Assembly (NCBI GenBank): GCA_947632395.1
Contig: CANRPA010000005.1
Location: 1 to 44,351 of the forward strand
Direction of reading: 5' to 3'
From: an uncultured Bacilli bacterium
GTDB taxonomy: Bacteria; Bacillota_I; Bacilli_A; RF39; UBA660
Length of the DNA: 44,351 nt
Both the position numbers and the translations under genes were made by a program. Each line of letters opens with the position of its first letter. The stretch's first letter is position 1. Shown here piece by piece: positions 23,192-32,919 of this stretch. The notes beneath the pieces were generated by a model that did no database searches, had not been told where the DNA came from, and was given only the letters and a program-made list of their open reading frames with translations.

Positions 23192-23231
23192 TTTTTCAGA
23201 GTATTGAACACTTTGTCAACACTCTGAAAAA
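23192..23231. terminator. Bidirectional hairpin between convergent genes
   Basis: tttttcagagtattga / tcaacactctgaaaaa, 1 mismatch. Confidence 0.55.
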
Positions 23232-23309
23232 ATGTCATCTTTATGTTGACATTTTTTGCTACTTTTAAAAATAAAATTATTTGATTAGCATGATTGTTAG
23301 TTAAAGATA

Positions 23310-23771
23310 TTATAGTTTATATTTTTTAACATAATTATTAAATTGTGGTTTCCTATGATTTAGATAATTTAGAGCATTAGTTTTAATACTACTTATTCTA
23401 GATACATTATATAGAATTTTTTCTTGTTCTTCAGTTGTTACATATTTATAATTTAAATACTTTTTATATATAATTGGACTAACTCCTATAATTTTTTTAA
23501 AAGTTTCAGAAAAATATTCTAAAGAATTAAAACCATTTTTAAAAGCAATACTTAATATATAATTATCATTTTTGAAAAATAGTAAACTATTATATATTCT
23601 TATTATATTTATATATTCGTGTATTGAAATATTTAATTCCTTTTTAAATTTTTTCATAATATATGTTTTATTAAAATAAAATATTAAACTTAATTCTTCA
23701 ATAGTTATTTCTTTATTTATGTTTTTATTTAAATATTCTAAAATATTACATATTAAGTCATTAGAGTACAT
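23310..23771 (-). CDS. AraC-family regulator (HTH domain only)
   Basis: IAFKNGFNSLEYFSETFKKIIGVSP signature. Confidence 0.9.
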   Translation of the reverse strand: MYSNDLICNILEYLNKNINKEITIEELSLIFYFNKTYIMKKFKKELNISIHEYINIIRIYNSLLFFKNDNYILSIAFKNGFNSLEYFSETFKKIIGVSPIIYKKYLNYKYVTTEEQEKILYNVSRISSIKTNALNYLNHRKPQFNNYVKKYKL

Positions 23772-23881
23772 AAAATCACCTTTATTAATTAATTATAACA
23801 ATTTTTTGAATAAAAAGCCATTTTTGTTTAAGTTAATAGAAAAGTAGATGCTATAATTAGATTGTGAAAGGAGTGATATGC

Positions 23882-25231
23882 ATGGCATATTCAAGATGGG
23901 CGACTGAAGAAGAACTAAAGTCAAAATTAACCCAAATCAGTTATGATTCTGAAATAAAAAAATCAGGAATTCCTTTGATGTATGATGACAAATATCTTTA
24001 TATTAAAGATGATGAATCCCATACCATGGTTATAGGCTCAGCAGGAAGTGGCAAAACACAAACAACAATGCTAACTCAGTTAAGACTTGCTATTAAAGCA
24101 AATGAATCATTTGTAATTCATGATGTTAAGGGTGAGGTTTATGATTTATTATCTGGTGAACTAAAGAAACAAAATTACAATATAGTTGTGATTAATTTAG
24201 ACAATCCTACTGTAGGCAATAATTTTAATCCTTTAACTTTACCTTATGAATTATATAAGAAAGGTGAAAAAGATAAAGCTATTGAATTATTAGAAAGCAT
24301 TGGATATTATTTTTGTTGTAATGAAACATTTGATGTAAAAGCTGATCCATTTTGGGTAAATTCAGCTATCTCATTATTTATAGGTTTATCTTTATATCTA
24401 TTTGAAAATGCAACTGAAGAAGAAATAAATATTAGTAGTTTATTAAATTTAGTATCAGAATTTGAAAAATTATCAGAAGAAATTAAGAAAATGGATAAAA
24501 CATCAGCAATTTATATTAATTTGTCTAATATTGTTCTTGCCCCTAATGAAACAAGAGGAAGTATAATATCAGTATTTGTACAAAATATAAGATTATTTGT
24601 ATCAAGAGAATCATTATTAAAATTATTATCTTCAACAAATTTCAATATTGAAAATGTACAAAAAGACAAAACAGCTATATTTATAATTAGCAATAGTAAA
24701 TTTGTTTCAAAGAGATTAATTCCTTTAATTATTGAAGAATGTTATTTTGCTGCAACTATGACTAATGATAAAACTCGTAGATTAAATATAGTTTTAGATG
24801 ATTTTGAAAATTTGATTCCAATTAGAGAATTTAATAATATGTTGACACTTGCAAGAAGTAATAATATAAAATTTAGTATCTTTGTAAGAAGTATATTAGA
24901 ATTAAGAAATATTTATGGAGTAGAAGGTACTGAAATATTAAAAATGGTATTTGGAAATATCATATACTTATTAGCAAATGATATTGAAACATTACAAGAT
25001 ATTTCAAAACTATGTGGTAATCAAAAATCTGAATATGGAATAGAACCTTTAATTTCCGTTGAAGAATTAAAATTACTTAATACTTTTGAGGCTATTGTTT
25101 TAATTCCCAGAATTAATCCTATAAGAACTAAATTATTACCTGATTATAAAATTGATTGGAAATTTAGTGAAGAAAAAGTTCCTATGCAAGAGTTTAAAAA
25201 TAAAACTGTTAAAGCATTTTGTATAAAATAA
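23882..25231 (+). CDS. VirD4/TraG-like coupling ATPase without membrane anchor
   Basis: YSRWAT, Walker A GSAGSGKT, HDVKGE, FNPL, DPFW, LDDFENL; ATG 23882 behind AAGGAG. Confidence 0.82.
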   Translation: MAYSRWATEEELKSKLTQISYDSEIKKSGIPLMYDDKYLYIKDDESHTMVIGSAGSGKTQTTMLTQLRLAIKANESFVIHDVKGEVYDLLSGELKKQNYNIVVINLDNPTVGNNFNPLTLPYELYKKGEKDKAIELLESIGYYFCCNETFDVKADPFWVNSAISLFIGLSLYLFENATEEEINISSLLNLVSEFEKLSEEIKKMDKTSAIYINLSNIVLAPNETRGSIISVFVQNIRLFVSRESLLKLLSSTNFNIENVQKDKTAIFIISNSKFVSKRLIPLIIEECYFAATMTNDKTRRLNIVLDDFENLIPIREFNNMLTLARSNNIKFSIFVRSILELRNIYGVEGTEILKMVFGNIIYLLANDIETLQDISKLCGNQKSEYGIEPLISVEELKLLNTFEAIVLIPRINPIRTKLLPDYKIDWKFSEEKVPMQEFKNKTVKAFCIK

Positions 25232-25382
25232 AAATGTAATTTAACTTAAAAAGCACGATATGTTTGAGAAAGAAAATATTTCTAAACAATTAACAAAATA
25301 AGAAATTGTGATAGTAAACGAATGCAAACAATGTTTGCAAATTAGTCTTAAAAATAACAATAATATAATAAATACTGAAGCA

Positions 25383-25430
25383 TGTTCAACTTGTAAGACT
25401 GGTAAGAAATACAAAAATTGTTGTGGAAAA
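25383..25430 (+). repeat. Second copy of the secA SEC-C tail
   Basis: Reads CSTCKTGKKYKNCCGK versus SecA CPCGSGKKYKNCCGK. Confidence 0.8.
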
Positions 25431-25593
25431 GTGGTAATTTTTATAAGTTTTTGCGAAGTATAGGTCTTTGAAAAAATCATAAAAAAATCAAAAAAATTGA
25501 AAAATGTACACAAAAAGATTCAATTTATTCACAAAAATATCAAAAAAACGTAGAATCAGTGGTTTTCAATGGAACATTTTATGATAAAAGTGT

Positions 25594-25620
25594 AAATCAG
25601 CATTTGTGCTGATTTTTATT
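25594..25620 (+). terminator. Terminator-like hairpin
   Basis: aaatcagca / tgctgattt followed by T-rich sequence. Confidence 0.5.
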
Positions 25621-25923
25621 TCACTTAAATTAGAATATTTATAGTCAAATACATTTAAAATATATTTTTCCATATTTTTAAATGTTTTAAGCATTTTTTT
25701 CATATTCATACATTTAGAAACTTTGTTATTTTTACCATTAATATCTACGATTTTTAAATAATTTTTATAAAAAATACATTTTTTAAATTTAATAATAACA
25801 TTTTGTTGACAATTTCACCCTTTTGTTAATTTTTTGTTTAAAATTTAAAATATTTTCTTTTTTATTATAATGTGTTATAATTAATATGTTACAATAAAAT
25901 ATGATATGTTAGGGGTTGTACTT

Positions 25924-28900
25924 ATGAAATTATATGTAATGAATGGGAAACAAATAAATAAATATGCCTTACCATTTCAAAGTGAAGAATTTTATTCATT
26001 CGATTGCTTTTTTGATGGCTTTAGTGAAAAATGTACTATAACTTTACATAATATTAATAATATTTGGTACCTAAAAAGTAATGGTATGGTAAACGTTATA
26101 AACAATAATCAAAGTGTTTTAGATAAAATTCAATTAGTAGAGTATGGAATTTATTATATAAAAGTTCTTGGAATGAATAAATATGTTGGAATATATGCAA
26201 TGCCAAGTCAAGAAAAAAATTTATTAGAGTTTTCATACAAAAATATAAATAATATTACTATAGGTAATGGTTCAAATTGTAATATAAATTATAATAACCA
26301 ATTCATTTCAGGCGTGTATGCTACTATACAATTTAAAGCAAATGAGTGGATTATAAGTGGGAATGTAAACTCAAAAACTGGAATATTTGTTAATGATAAA
26401 AATGTCAAATCTGCAAAATTGAAGTATGGTGATGTTATTTTCATTTTTGGATTAAAAATAATTTGGATGCCAACTTTTTTAAAAATTAATAACCCTAACA
26501 ATATGGTTAAAATTACAGGGCTCAGTATATATATGAGTGAAGATATAGTTGATAATGTTAATGTACAAAGCGTAACTGATGAAGAATCTGCAATTGAATT
26601 ATATAAAGAGGATGATTATTTTTATCACATTCCTAGAATTAAAGAAACTATTGAAGAAGAAGAAATTTCAATAGACCCACCTCCAACTTCACAAATTCAA
26701 GAAGAAATGCCATTTTGGCTTACTTTAGGAACAAGTTTAACCCTTGTTGCATCATCTATAGTTATGATTTTTAATATATATAATAATGTTGTAGCAGGAC
26801 GAAATGTTTTAATGTTAATTCCACAAATAATAATGTTATTTGCAATGGTAGTTGGAAGTTTTGTTATGCCTAACTTACTAAAAAGATATCAAAAGAAAAG
26901 GGCTAAAAAAAGAGAAAAGTTAAGACAAACCAGATATAAAGAATATTTGGAAACAAAAAAACAAGAAATTGAAAAAATTTTAAGACATCAAAATGAAGTT
27001 TTACTTCAAAATAATTATAATGATATTAAATGTATAGAAGCTATAAGATCTAATAACCGTATTTTGTGGAGTAGAGAAATTTTTGATGATGATTTTTTAA
27101 ATATTAGATTGGGATTAGGAAATTTTCCCGCAAGTTTACATATTAATGCCCCAGAGGAACATTTTACTTTAGATAAGGATAATTTGTTTCAAGCAGTTTA
27201 TGATGTTGTTGATGCTTCAAAAATTTTAAAAAATGTTCCAATAACTTATTCCTTTCTAGAAAATAATATAAGTTCATTTATATTTAATAGTACTCAAAAA
27301 AATAATTATATAAACGATATAATGTTAAAATTGTTAACATTTCATAGTGGTACAGATTTAAAGATAGTTATTTTTACTAATAAAAATAGAGAAAATTTTT
27401 GGAATTACTTGAAAATTCTACCACATTGTTGGAATGATGAAAAAAGTGTGAGATTTTTTGCAACGGATTCTTCTGAAATTAATGAGGTATCAGCGGTTTT
27501 AGATGCAGAATTTAAACAAAGAAAGGAAATGTTCAGCAGTAATTCAGGTGAGTCAGAAAATATTGATAAGAACAAATGCTACAAAAATTTTATTCCATAT
27601 TATCTAATAATAACTGATGATTATCAAAATGCTAAAAATAGTCAAATAATATTGGATATTTTAAAAACTAAACAAAATTATGGATTTTCTTTATTAACTA
27701 TAGCAGATTCAATGAAGTCAATACCAAATAAATGTGAAAAATTTATTCAAATTGGTGAGAAAGATGGGTGCATATTAAATAAAGAATTAAATTCTAAATC
27801 ACAGCAAGAATTTTTAATTGAAAAATTACACACTATAGATATGGAAGAAATTTGCATGAAATTAGCTAATATTCCTCTTATGCCTAAAGATGGTCTTAAA
27901 GAGTTTCCAACATCTTTGCCTTTTTTAGAAATGTATAATGTGTCAAAGATAGAACAATTAAATATTTTAAATAGATGGCAAACAAATAATCCGGTTACAT
28001 CTTTATCAACTATTGTCGGTGTACATAAAGATATGGAATTATTTAAACTAGATTTGCATGAAAAACATCATGGACCACATGGCCTTGTTGCAGGTATGAC
28101 AGGATCAGGTAAATCAGAATTTATAATAACATATATTTTATCTATGGCTGTTAATTATCATCCATATGAAGTTCAGTTTGTTCTTATAGATTATAAAGGT
28201 GGTGGACTTGCTGGAGCTTTTGAAAATAAAGAAACAAATATTAGAATTCCACATTTAATAGGTACGATAACAAATTTGGATACTAGTGAAATGAATAGAA
28301 CGCTAGTATCTATAGATAGTGAATTAAAAAGAAGACAAAAGATTTTTAATGAAACAAAAGATTTGTTAGGTGAAAGTACTATTGATATATATAAATATCA
28401 AAGGTTATATCGTGAAGGAAGAGTAAAAAAACCAATGGCTCATTTGTTTATAATATGTGATGAATTTGCTGAATTAAAAAGCCAACAACCTGATTTTATG
28501 AATCAATTGGTTTCTACTGCAAGAATTGGTAGATCATTGGGTGTTCATTTAATATTGGCAACACAAAAACCTAGTGGCGTTGTAAATGATCAAATTTGGA
28601 GTAATTCTAAATTTAAGGTATGTTTAAAGGTTCAGGATAGAAGTGACAGTATGGAAATGTTGAAGAGACCTGAAGCTGCAAGTATAAAAGAGGCTGGAAG
28701 ATTTTATTTACAAGTAGGTTATGATGATTATTTTGATATTGGTCAGTCAGCATGGTGTGGAGCTAAATATGTTCCTGCCAATAAAATTATTAAAAAAATT
28801 GATGATTCTATTAGTTTTGTAAATAACACAGGATATACTATAAAATCAATAAATGATGCTGTAGTTAAAGAGGTATCTGCAGATTTAGGAGATCAATTAA

Positions 28901-30561
28901 CAAATATAGTAAAGCATATTTGTAATTTATCTGAAAAATACAATATTAAAACAGAAAAATTATGGTTAGATAAAATACCAGAGATTATTTACGTTAATAA
29001 ATTAAAAGAAAAATATAATTATAAAGCAAAACCATATTGCATTACTCCAATTATAGGTGAATATGATAGCCCTAGTACTCAATCACAAGGCCTTTTAAAT
29101 TTAGATTTGACATTTGGTGGTAATACTGTAATATATGGTCAAAGCGGAAGTGGTAAAGAAAATTTACTTTCAACAATAATATGGTCAACATTTATTGAGC
29201 ATACAACAGATGAAGTAAATATTTATGTAATAGATTGTGGTGCTGAAACACTTAAAATGTTTAGTAAAATTCCTCATGTTGGAGAAGTTGTTGATATAGG
29301 TGATTCGGACAAAATTTATGAAATTTTTAATTTAGCCTTTCAAGAAGTAGAAACTAGAAAAGAGCTTTTTTCTGATTATGCTGGAAATTATGTCAATTAT
29401 TGTCAAAATAGTGGTAATAAACTTCCTTTAATTATAATAATTATAAATAACTATGATAGCTTTATTGAATCGTATTCAAAATTATCTGAAGATGTACAAT
29501 CAATATATCGTGAATGTAGTAAATATGGTATAAAATTTATAATATCAACTGTTAACCCTTCAACTATACGTAGTAAGATGCTTCAAAATTTTGAAAATAA
29601 AATTTCTTTACAATTAGGTAGTGATGATGCTTATAGAAATTTATTTGGTGCTCCAAGAGGACTATTACCTTCTAAAGTCTTTGGAAGAGGAATTGTTCTT
29701 AAAGATAATAACTTTTATGAATTTCAAACTGCATATTTTACAAATCCAAATCAAATGAGTAATGTTTTAAGAACAGTATCTCAAAAATTAAACTCATATT
29801 ATACTAAAAAGGCAAAAAAAATATTTATAATACCTGAAAAGATTGGACTAAATTCAATAATTAAGGAATCAAAAGGATTATCTAAAATAGCATTAGGTTA
29901 TAATATTGAAAAGAAAGAAATTGAAACATATAATTTCATATCAAACAAAATAAATTTAATTTTGTCAGAAGAAATGAGTGAAAAAATAGATTTTATATAT
30001 GCATTAGTAAGACAATTTGCTATGAATGAAAAAACGAATATTATTATTCTTGATTTTGTCAATGCTTTTGAAAAAGAGATTTCTAACACTGTAAAATTTA
30101 ATAATAATTTTGATTCTATTTTTAATTCGATATATTCTAATTTAAAAAATGATAAAACAAGTAAAGTTAAAAACATGTATGTATTTATAGGGCCTGGTGC
30201 TATCAAAAACGTAGTAAGTGAAAATACTTATGAAATTATCAAAAAAATATTTACAAATGTAAATTCATTAGAAAACAATTTCTTTGTATTTGCAGATGAC
30301 TATGATAATATTAAAAATTTAAAATTAGAAGATTGGTTCCAATCTGGAGTCAACAATTCTAATGGTATATGGTTAGGTGAAGGTATTGCTAATCAAATGA
30401 TGATTAACGTTTCTGATTTATCTTTAGATGATAGAAAGAGAAGTTTCCCATATATGGGTTATACTATAGTAAATGGTAAAAGCAAATGTATAAAATGTGT
30501 ATTAGATGAAGAAATAAGTAATAATGAAGAAAAGGAGGCTATAGTATTAGATGAAAAATAA
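25924..30561 (+). CDS. essC: Type VII secretion ATPase EssC
   Basis: FHA-like N-terminus, 2 TM, HGPHGLVAGMTGSGKS, IDYKGG, DEFAEL, GRSLGVHLILATQ; further degenerate FtsK domains. Confidence 0.95.
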   Translation: MKLYVMNGKQINKYALPFQSEEFYSFDCFFDGFSEKCTITLHNINNIWYLKSNGMVNVINNNQSVLDKIQLVEYGIYYIKVLGMNKYVGIYAMPSQEKNLLEFSYKNINNITIGNGSNCNINYNNQFISGVYATIQFKANEWIISGNVNSKTGIFVNDKNVKSAKLKYGDVIFIFGLKIIWMPTFLKINNPNNMVKITGLSIYMSEDIVDNVNVQSVTDEESAIELYKEDDYFYHIPRIKETIEEEEISIDPPPTSQIQEEMPFWLTLGTSLTLVASSIVMIFNIYNNVVAGRNVLMLIPQIIMLFAMVVGSFVMPNLLKRYQKKRAKKREKLRQTRYKEYLETKKQEIEKILRHQNEVLLQNNYNDIKCIEAIRSNNRILWSREIFDDDFLNIRLGLGNFPASLHINAPEEHFTLDKDNLFQAVYDVVDASKILKNVPITYSFLENNISSFIFNSTQKNNYINDIMLKLLTFHSGTDLKIVIFTNKNRENFWNYLKILPHCWNDEKSVRFFATDSSEINEVSAVLDAEFKQRKEMFSSNSGESENIDKNKCYKNFIPYYLIITDDYQNAKNSQIILDILKTKQNYGFSLLTIADSMKSIPNKCEKFIQIGEKDGCILNKELNSKSQQEFLIEKLHTIDMEEICMKLANIPLMPKDGLKEFPTSLPFLEMYNVSKIEQLNILNRWQTNNPVTSLSTIVGVHKDMELFKLDLHEKHHGPHGLVAGMTGSGKSEFIITYILSMAVNYHPYEVQFVLIDYKGGGLAGAFENKETNIRIPHLIGTITNLDTSEMNRTLVSIDSELKRRQKIFNETKDLLGESTIDIYKYQRLYREGRVKKPMAHLFIICDEFAELKSQQPDFMNQLVSTARIGRSLGVHLILATQKPSGVVNDQIWSNSKFKVCLKVQDRSDSMEMLKRPEAASIKEAGRFYLQVGYDDYFDIGQSAWCGAKYVPANKIIKKIDDSISFVNNTGYTIKSINDAVVKEVSADLGDQLTNIVKHICNLSEKYNIKTEKLWLDKIPEIIYVNKLKEKYNYKAKPYCITPIIGEYDSPSTQSQGLLNLDLTFGGNTVIYGQSGSGKENLLSTIIWSTFIEHTTDEVNIYVIDCGAETLKMFSKIPHVGEVVDIGDSDKIYEIFNLAFQEVETRKELFSDYAGNYVNYCQNSGNKLPLIIIIINNYDSFIESYSKLSEDVQSIYRECSKYGIKFIISTVNPSTIRSKMLQNFENKISLQLGSDDAYRNLFGAPRGLLPSKVFGRGIVLKDNNFYEFQTAYFTNPNQMSNVLRTVSQKLNSYYTKKAKKIFIIPEKIGLNSIIKESKGLSKIALGYNIEKKEIETYNFISNKINLILSEEMSEKIDFIYALVRQFAMNEKTNIIILDFVNAFEKEISNTVKFNNNFDSIFNSIYSNLKNDKTSKVKNMYVFIGPGAIKNVVSENTYEIIKKIFTNVNSLENNFFVFADDYDNIKNLKLEDWFQSGVNNSNGIWLGEGIANQMMINVSDLSLDDRKRSFPYMGYTIVNGKSKCIKCVLDEEISNNEEKEAIVLDEK

Positions 30562-30805
30562 AGTATTAGTTGAGATAATAGTACCAGTACTTGATGAAAG
30601 ATATAGCCTTTTTTTACCAATAAATAAACGTATAGGTAAAATAATTACACTCATTAATAAAGCAATAACAGAATTATCAGGAAATTCATATGTTTTAAAC
30701 AATAGTGCATCATTATACAACAGAATAACAGGAGTTAGATATCAGGCTAACATGTTGATTAGTGAAACAGATATAAGAAATGGTGCTGTTTTGGTTCTTG
30801 ATTAA
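30551..30805 (+). CDS. YukD/EsaB-like ubiquitin-fold T7SS protein
   Basis: 84 aa, YSLFLP, ETDIRNGAVLVL; overlaps essC stop. Confidence 0.75.
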   Translation: MKNKVLVEIIVPVLDERYSLFLPINKRIGKIITLINKAITELSGNSYVLNNSASLYNRITGVRYQANMLISETDIRNGAVLVLD

Positions 30806-30824
30806 TAGATAGGGGGGGAAAACT

Positions 30825-32498
30825 ATGATTAAAAATTTAAAAATATTTACTAATAAAAAAAATCACAAATTTTCATTGAAAAAAGGTGTTACCTTTGCAG
30901 CAATGACTGTTTTAGTTACACTACCACTTGCTGCATGTTCAAAACAATCAAATTTAAATACAAATTTTAACGATAATGATAATGTTTATAGTGTAACTGA
31001 TGAATACAATAATTCAAATTCAAAAGATGATGGATTTAATGATTTAAATTCAGAAGATGTTGGATTTGAAGAAAATTTTGAACAAAACTATATTAATTCC
31101 TTTTTGAATTCAACTATAGTATTTGATAATGCTGATGTTGAAAATCTCAGTAATAAAATCAGTTCAATTAATGTAGATTTTAAATATTCAAATTTTTATA
31201 ATCTAGATGCTGCAATGAGCAAATATAATAATTTAAAAGAGATTAATGTAACAAATAACAATATTATAAAAATAAATTCAAATGATTTATTTGATATTGT
31301 TAAAAAAAATAATGATGAATATATGAAATCCTATAAGGGGAGTAAATATACACCATTATCGGATTCATTATTAAAACAAATTTGTAATTACTTGACTTTG
31401 AGTATTAATAGTGAAGTAGATAGTCATACAAATTATTCTGATTTGAATGAAAAAATTCAAAAATTAAAAATATTTAATTATAATGATTTTGCTTATGCAT
31501 TTTATGATAATAACATAGATATATTAGGAGTTAGTGTTAATTCTATACAGACAATAAATGAAGAAAATTCATTAGAAAGATTAATAACTCATGAAGGCAA
31601 ACATTTTATGCAATCAATAAAAAATGATTTTGATGGATCGTATACAATGCGTTATGGAATAAGTTATAAGTGGGATGATTTAGCTGTTAATAGTTTATAT
31701 AATGAATGGTTTTTTGAGGCAAGTGCAGAACAATTAACTATTAATCAAATAGGAAATGAAGGAAAATGTTTGTATGAAAGCGGCATAAATTTTTTAGAAA
31801 TGATAAAAACATCAACTCTTTTGTCTGAGAAAAATGGAATAAATGATTTAGAAAAGATTTCTCTACAGGGTGATTTAAATAATTTATTTGATTATTTTGG
31901 TTGCAACACAGAAAAAGAAAAAATGGAAGTTTTAAAACTTATGTTTGCTTACAATATAATTATAACTACAGATCCACAATCTTCTGTTAATGAATTTTAT
32001 GACAATTATAATAAGGAAAGTGGACATAAACTTAGTTACATAGATAAATTGGATTATAGTGATTATTTATTAAGCCCAATTTCAGAAGTGCTTTCAAAAA
32101 AATTTTACAAAAATTTGATTTATTCAATTAGAAATAAAGAAATAACTATTGAAGAATTATTTTCAATAATAAGTGTATTTGAAATGCAACTTAATAAACA
32201 GTGTAGATATTATGAAAGTTCAAAGACTAAATATTTAGAAAGTTTATATACAACATATAATGATATACAATCTGAATTGTTTGAATGTATATCATCAAAA
32301 TTAAAAATTTCAAAAGAAGATATACAAGAACTATATAATGCTTATTATAAAAATTTTAATACTCCAAATATAAAGTTTATGTTAGAAGATAAAAATTCAT
32401 TCTATAGTGAATTGTATAATAAAAATAAGTATTTTAGAATGGATAGCATTAATGCATATTATAATAAATATTTATCAGGAAATAACAAGAAATATTAG
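30825..32498 (+). CDS. Lipoprotein, putative zinc metallopeptidase
   Basis: Lipobox LAAC; HEGKH plus downstream FFEASAE. Confidence 0.6.
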   Translation: MIKNLKIFTNKKNHKFSLKKGVTFAAMTVLVTLPLAACSKQSNLNTNFNDNDNVYSVTDEYNNSNSKDDGFNDLNSEDVGFEENFEQNYINSFLNSTIVFDNADVENLSNKISSINVDFKYSNFYNLDAAMSKYNNLKEINVTNNNIIKINSNDLFDIVKKNNDEYMKSYKGSKYTPLSDSLLKQICNYLTLSINSEVDSHTNYSDLNEKIQKLKIFNYNDFAYAFYDNNIDILGVSVNSIQTINEENSLERLITHEGKHFMQSIKNDFDGSYTMRYGISYKWDDLAVNSLYNEWFFEASAEQLTINQIGNEGKCLYESGINFLEMIKTSTLLSEKNGINDLEKISLQGDLNNLFDYFGCNTEKEKMEVLKLMFAYNIIITTDPQSSVNEFYDNYNKESGHKLSYIDKLDYSDYLLSPISEVLSKKFYKNLIYSIRNKEITIEELFSIISVFEMQLNKQCRYYESSKTKYLESLYTTYNDIQSELFECISSKLKISKEDIQELYNAYYKNFNTPNIKFMLEDKNSFYSELYNKNKYFRMDSINAYYNKYLSGNNKKY

Positions 32499-32537
32499 AA
32501 ATAGCAAAAAAAAGTGTAAAGTTATTTAAAAAAATAT

Positions 32538-32565
32538 TGCAAAATTTTAACATGTGTGATATAGT
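32538..32565 (+). promoter_or_regulatory. Putative promoter of WXG100-like cluster
   Basis: TTGCAA ... TGaTATAGT extended -10. Confidence 0.5.
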
Positions 32566-32597
32566 AAAGACAAGGTAGGTTTGTAGATAATAAGGAG

Positions 32598-32900
32598 TTG
32601 ATTGTATTGACAAATGTTGTAGGAATAAATGAGCAAAAAATTGATAAATTAATCAATGAAATTTATTTCTACTCAAATAGAATTAAAATGGTTTTAGATC
32701 AGGCAGATTCTATAGTAGAAAATACAAATTCTTTTTATGATTGTGAAAGTGCAAAAATGTTTAGAAGTGCATTTGAGAAATATAAAAGGAACTTTAATAT
32801 TATCAACAAAAATATCTTAAGTTATTCTGACGATTTATCATCAGTTAAAAATTTTTATCGAAACAAAGCACAGATGTTTTCGGTAAATTTAAAAAAATAA
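32598..32900 (+). CDS. WXG100-like protein (degenerate motif)
   Basis: About 100 aa helical hairpin pattern, central YDCESA; T7SS context. Confidence 0.6.
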   Translation: MIVLTNVVGINEQKIDKLINEIYFYSNRIKMVLDQADSIVENTNSFYDCESAKMFRSAFEKYKRNFNIINKNILSYSDDLSSVKNFYRNKAQMFSVNLKK

Positions 32901-32919
32901 ATGTTAGGTGGTGAAAAAA

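Larger units (their letters stand above)
21348..25430. mobile_element. Putative decayed integrative element at the secA 3' end
   Basis: GKKYKNCCGK coding sequence duplicated at both ends (24/30 nt, all differences synonymous); shared subterminal motifs; toxin-antitoxin and coupling-protein cargo; no integrase visible. Confidence 0.5.

Noticed and set aside
25241-25513. 90-aa minus-strand ORF
   Set aside because: Low-complexity antisense of the SEC-C copy region; the meaningful motif is on the + strand.
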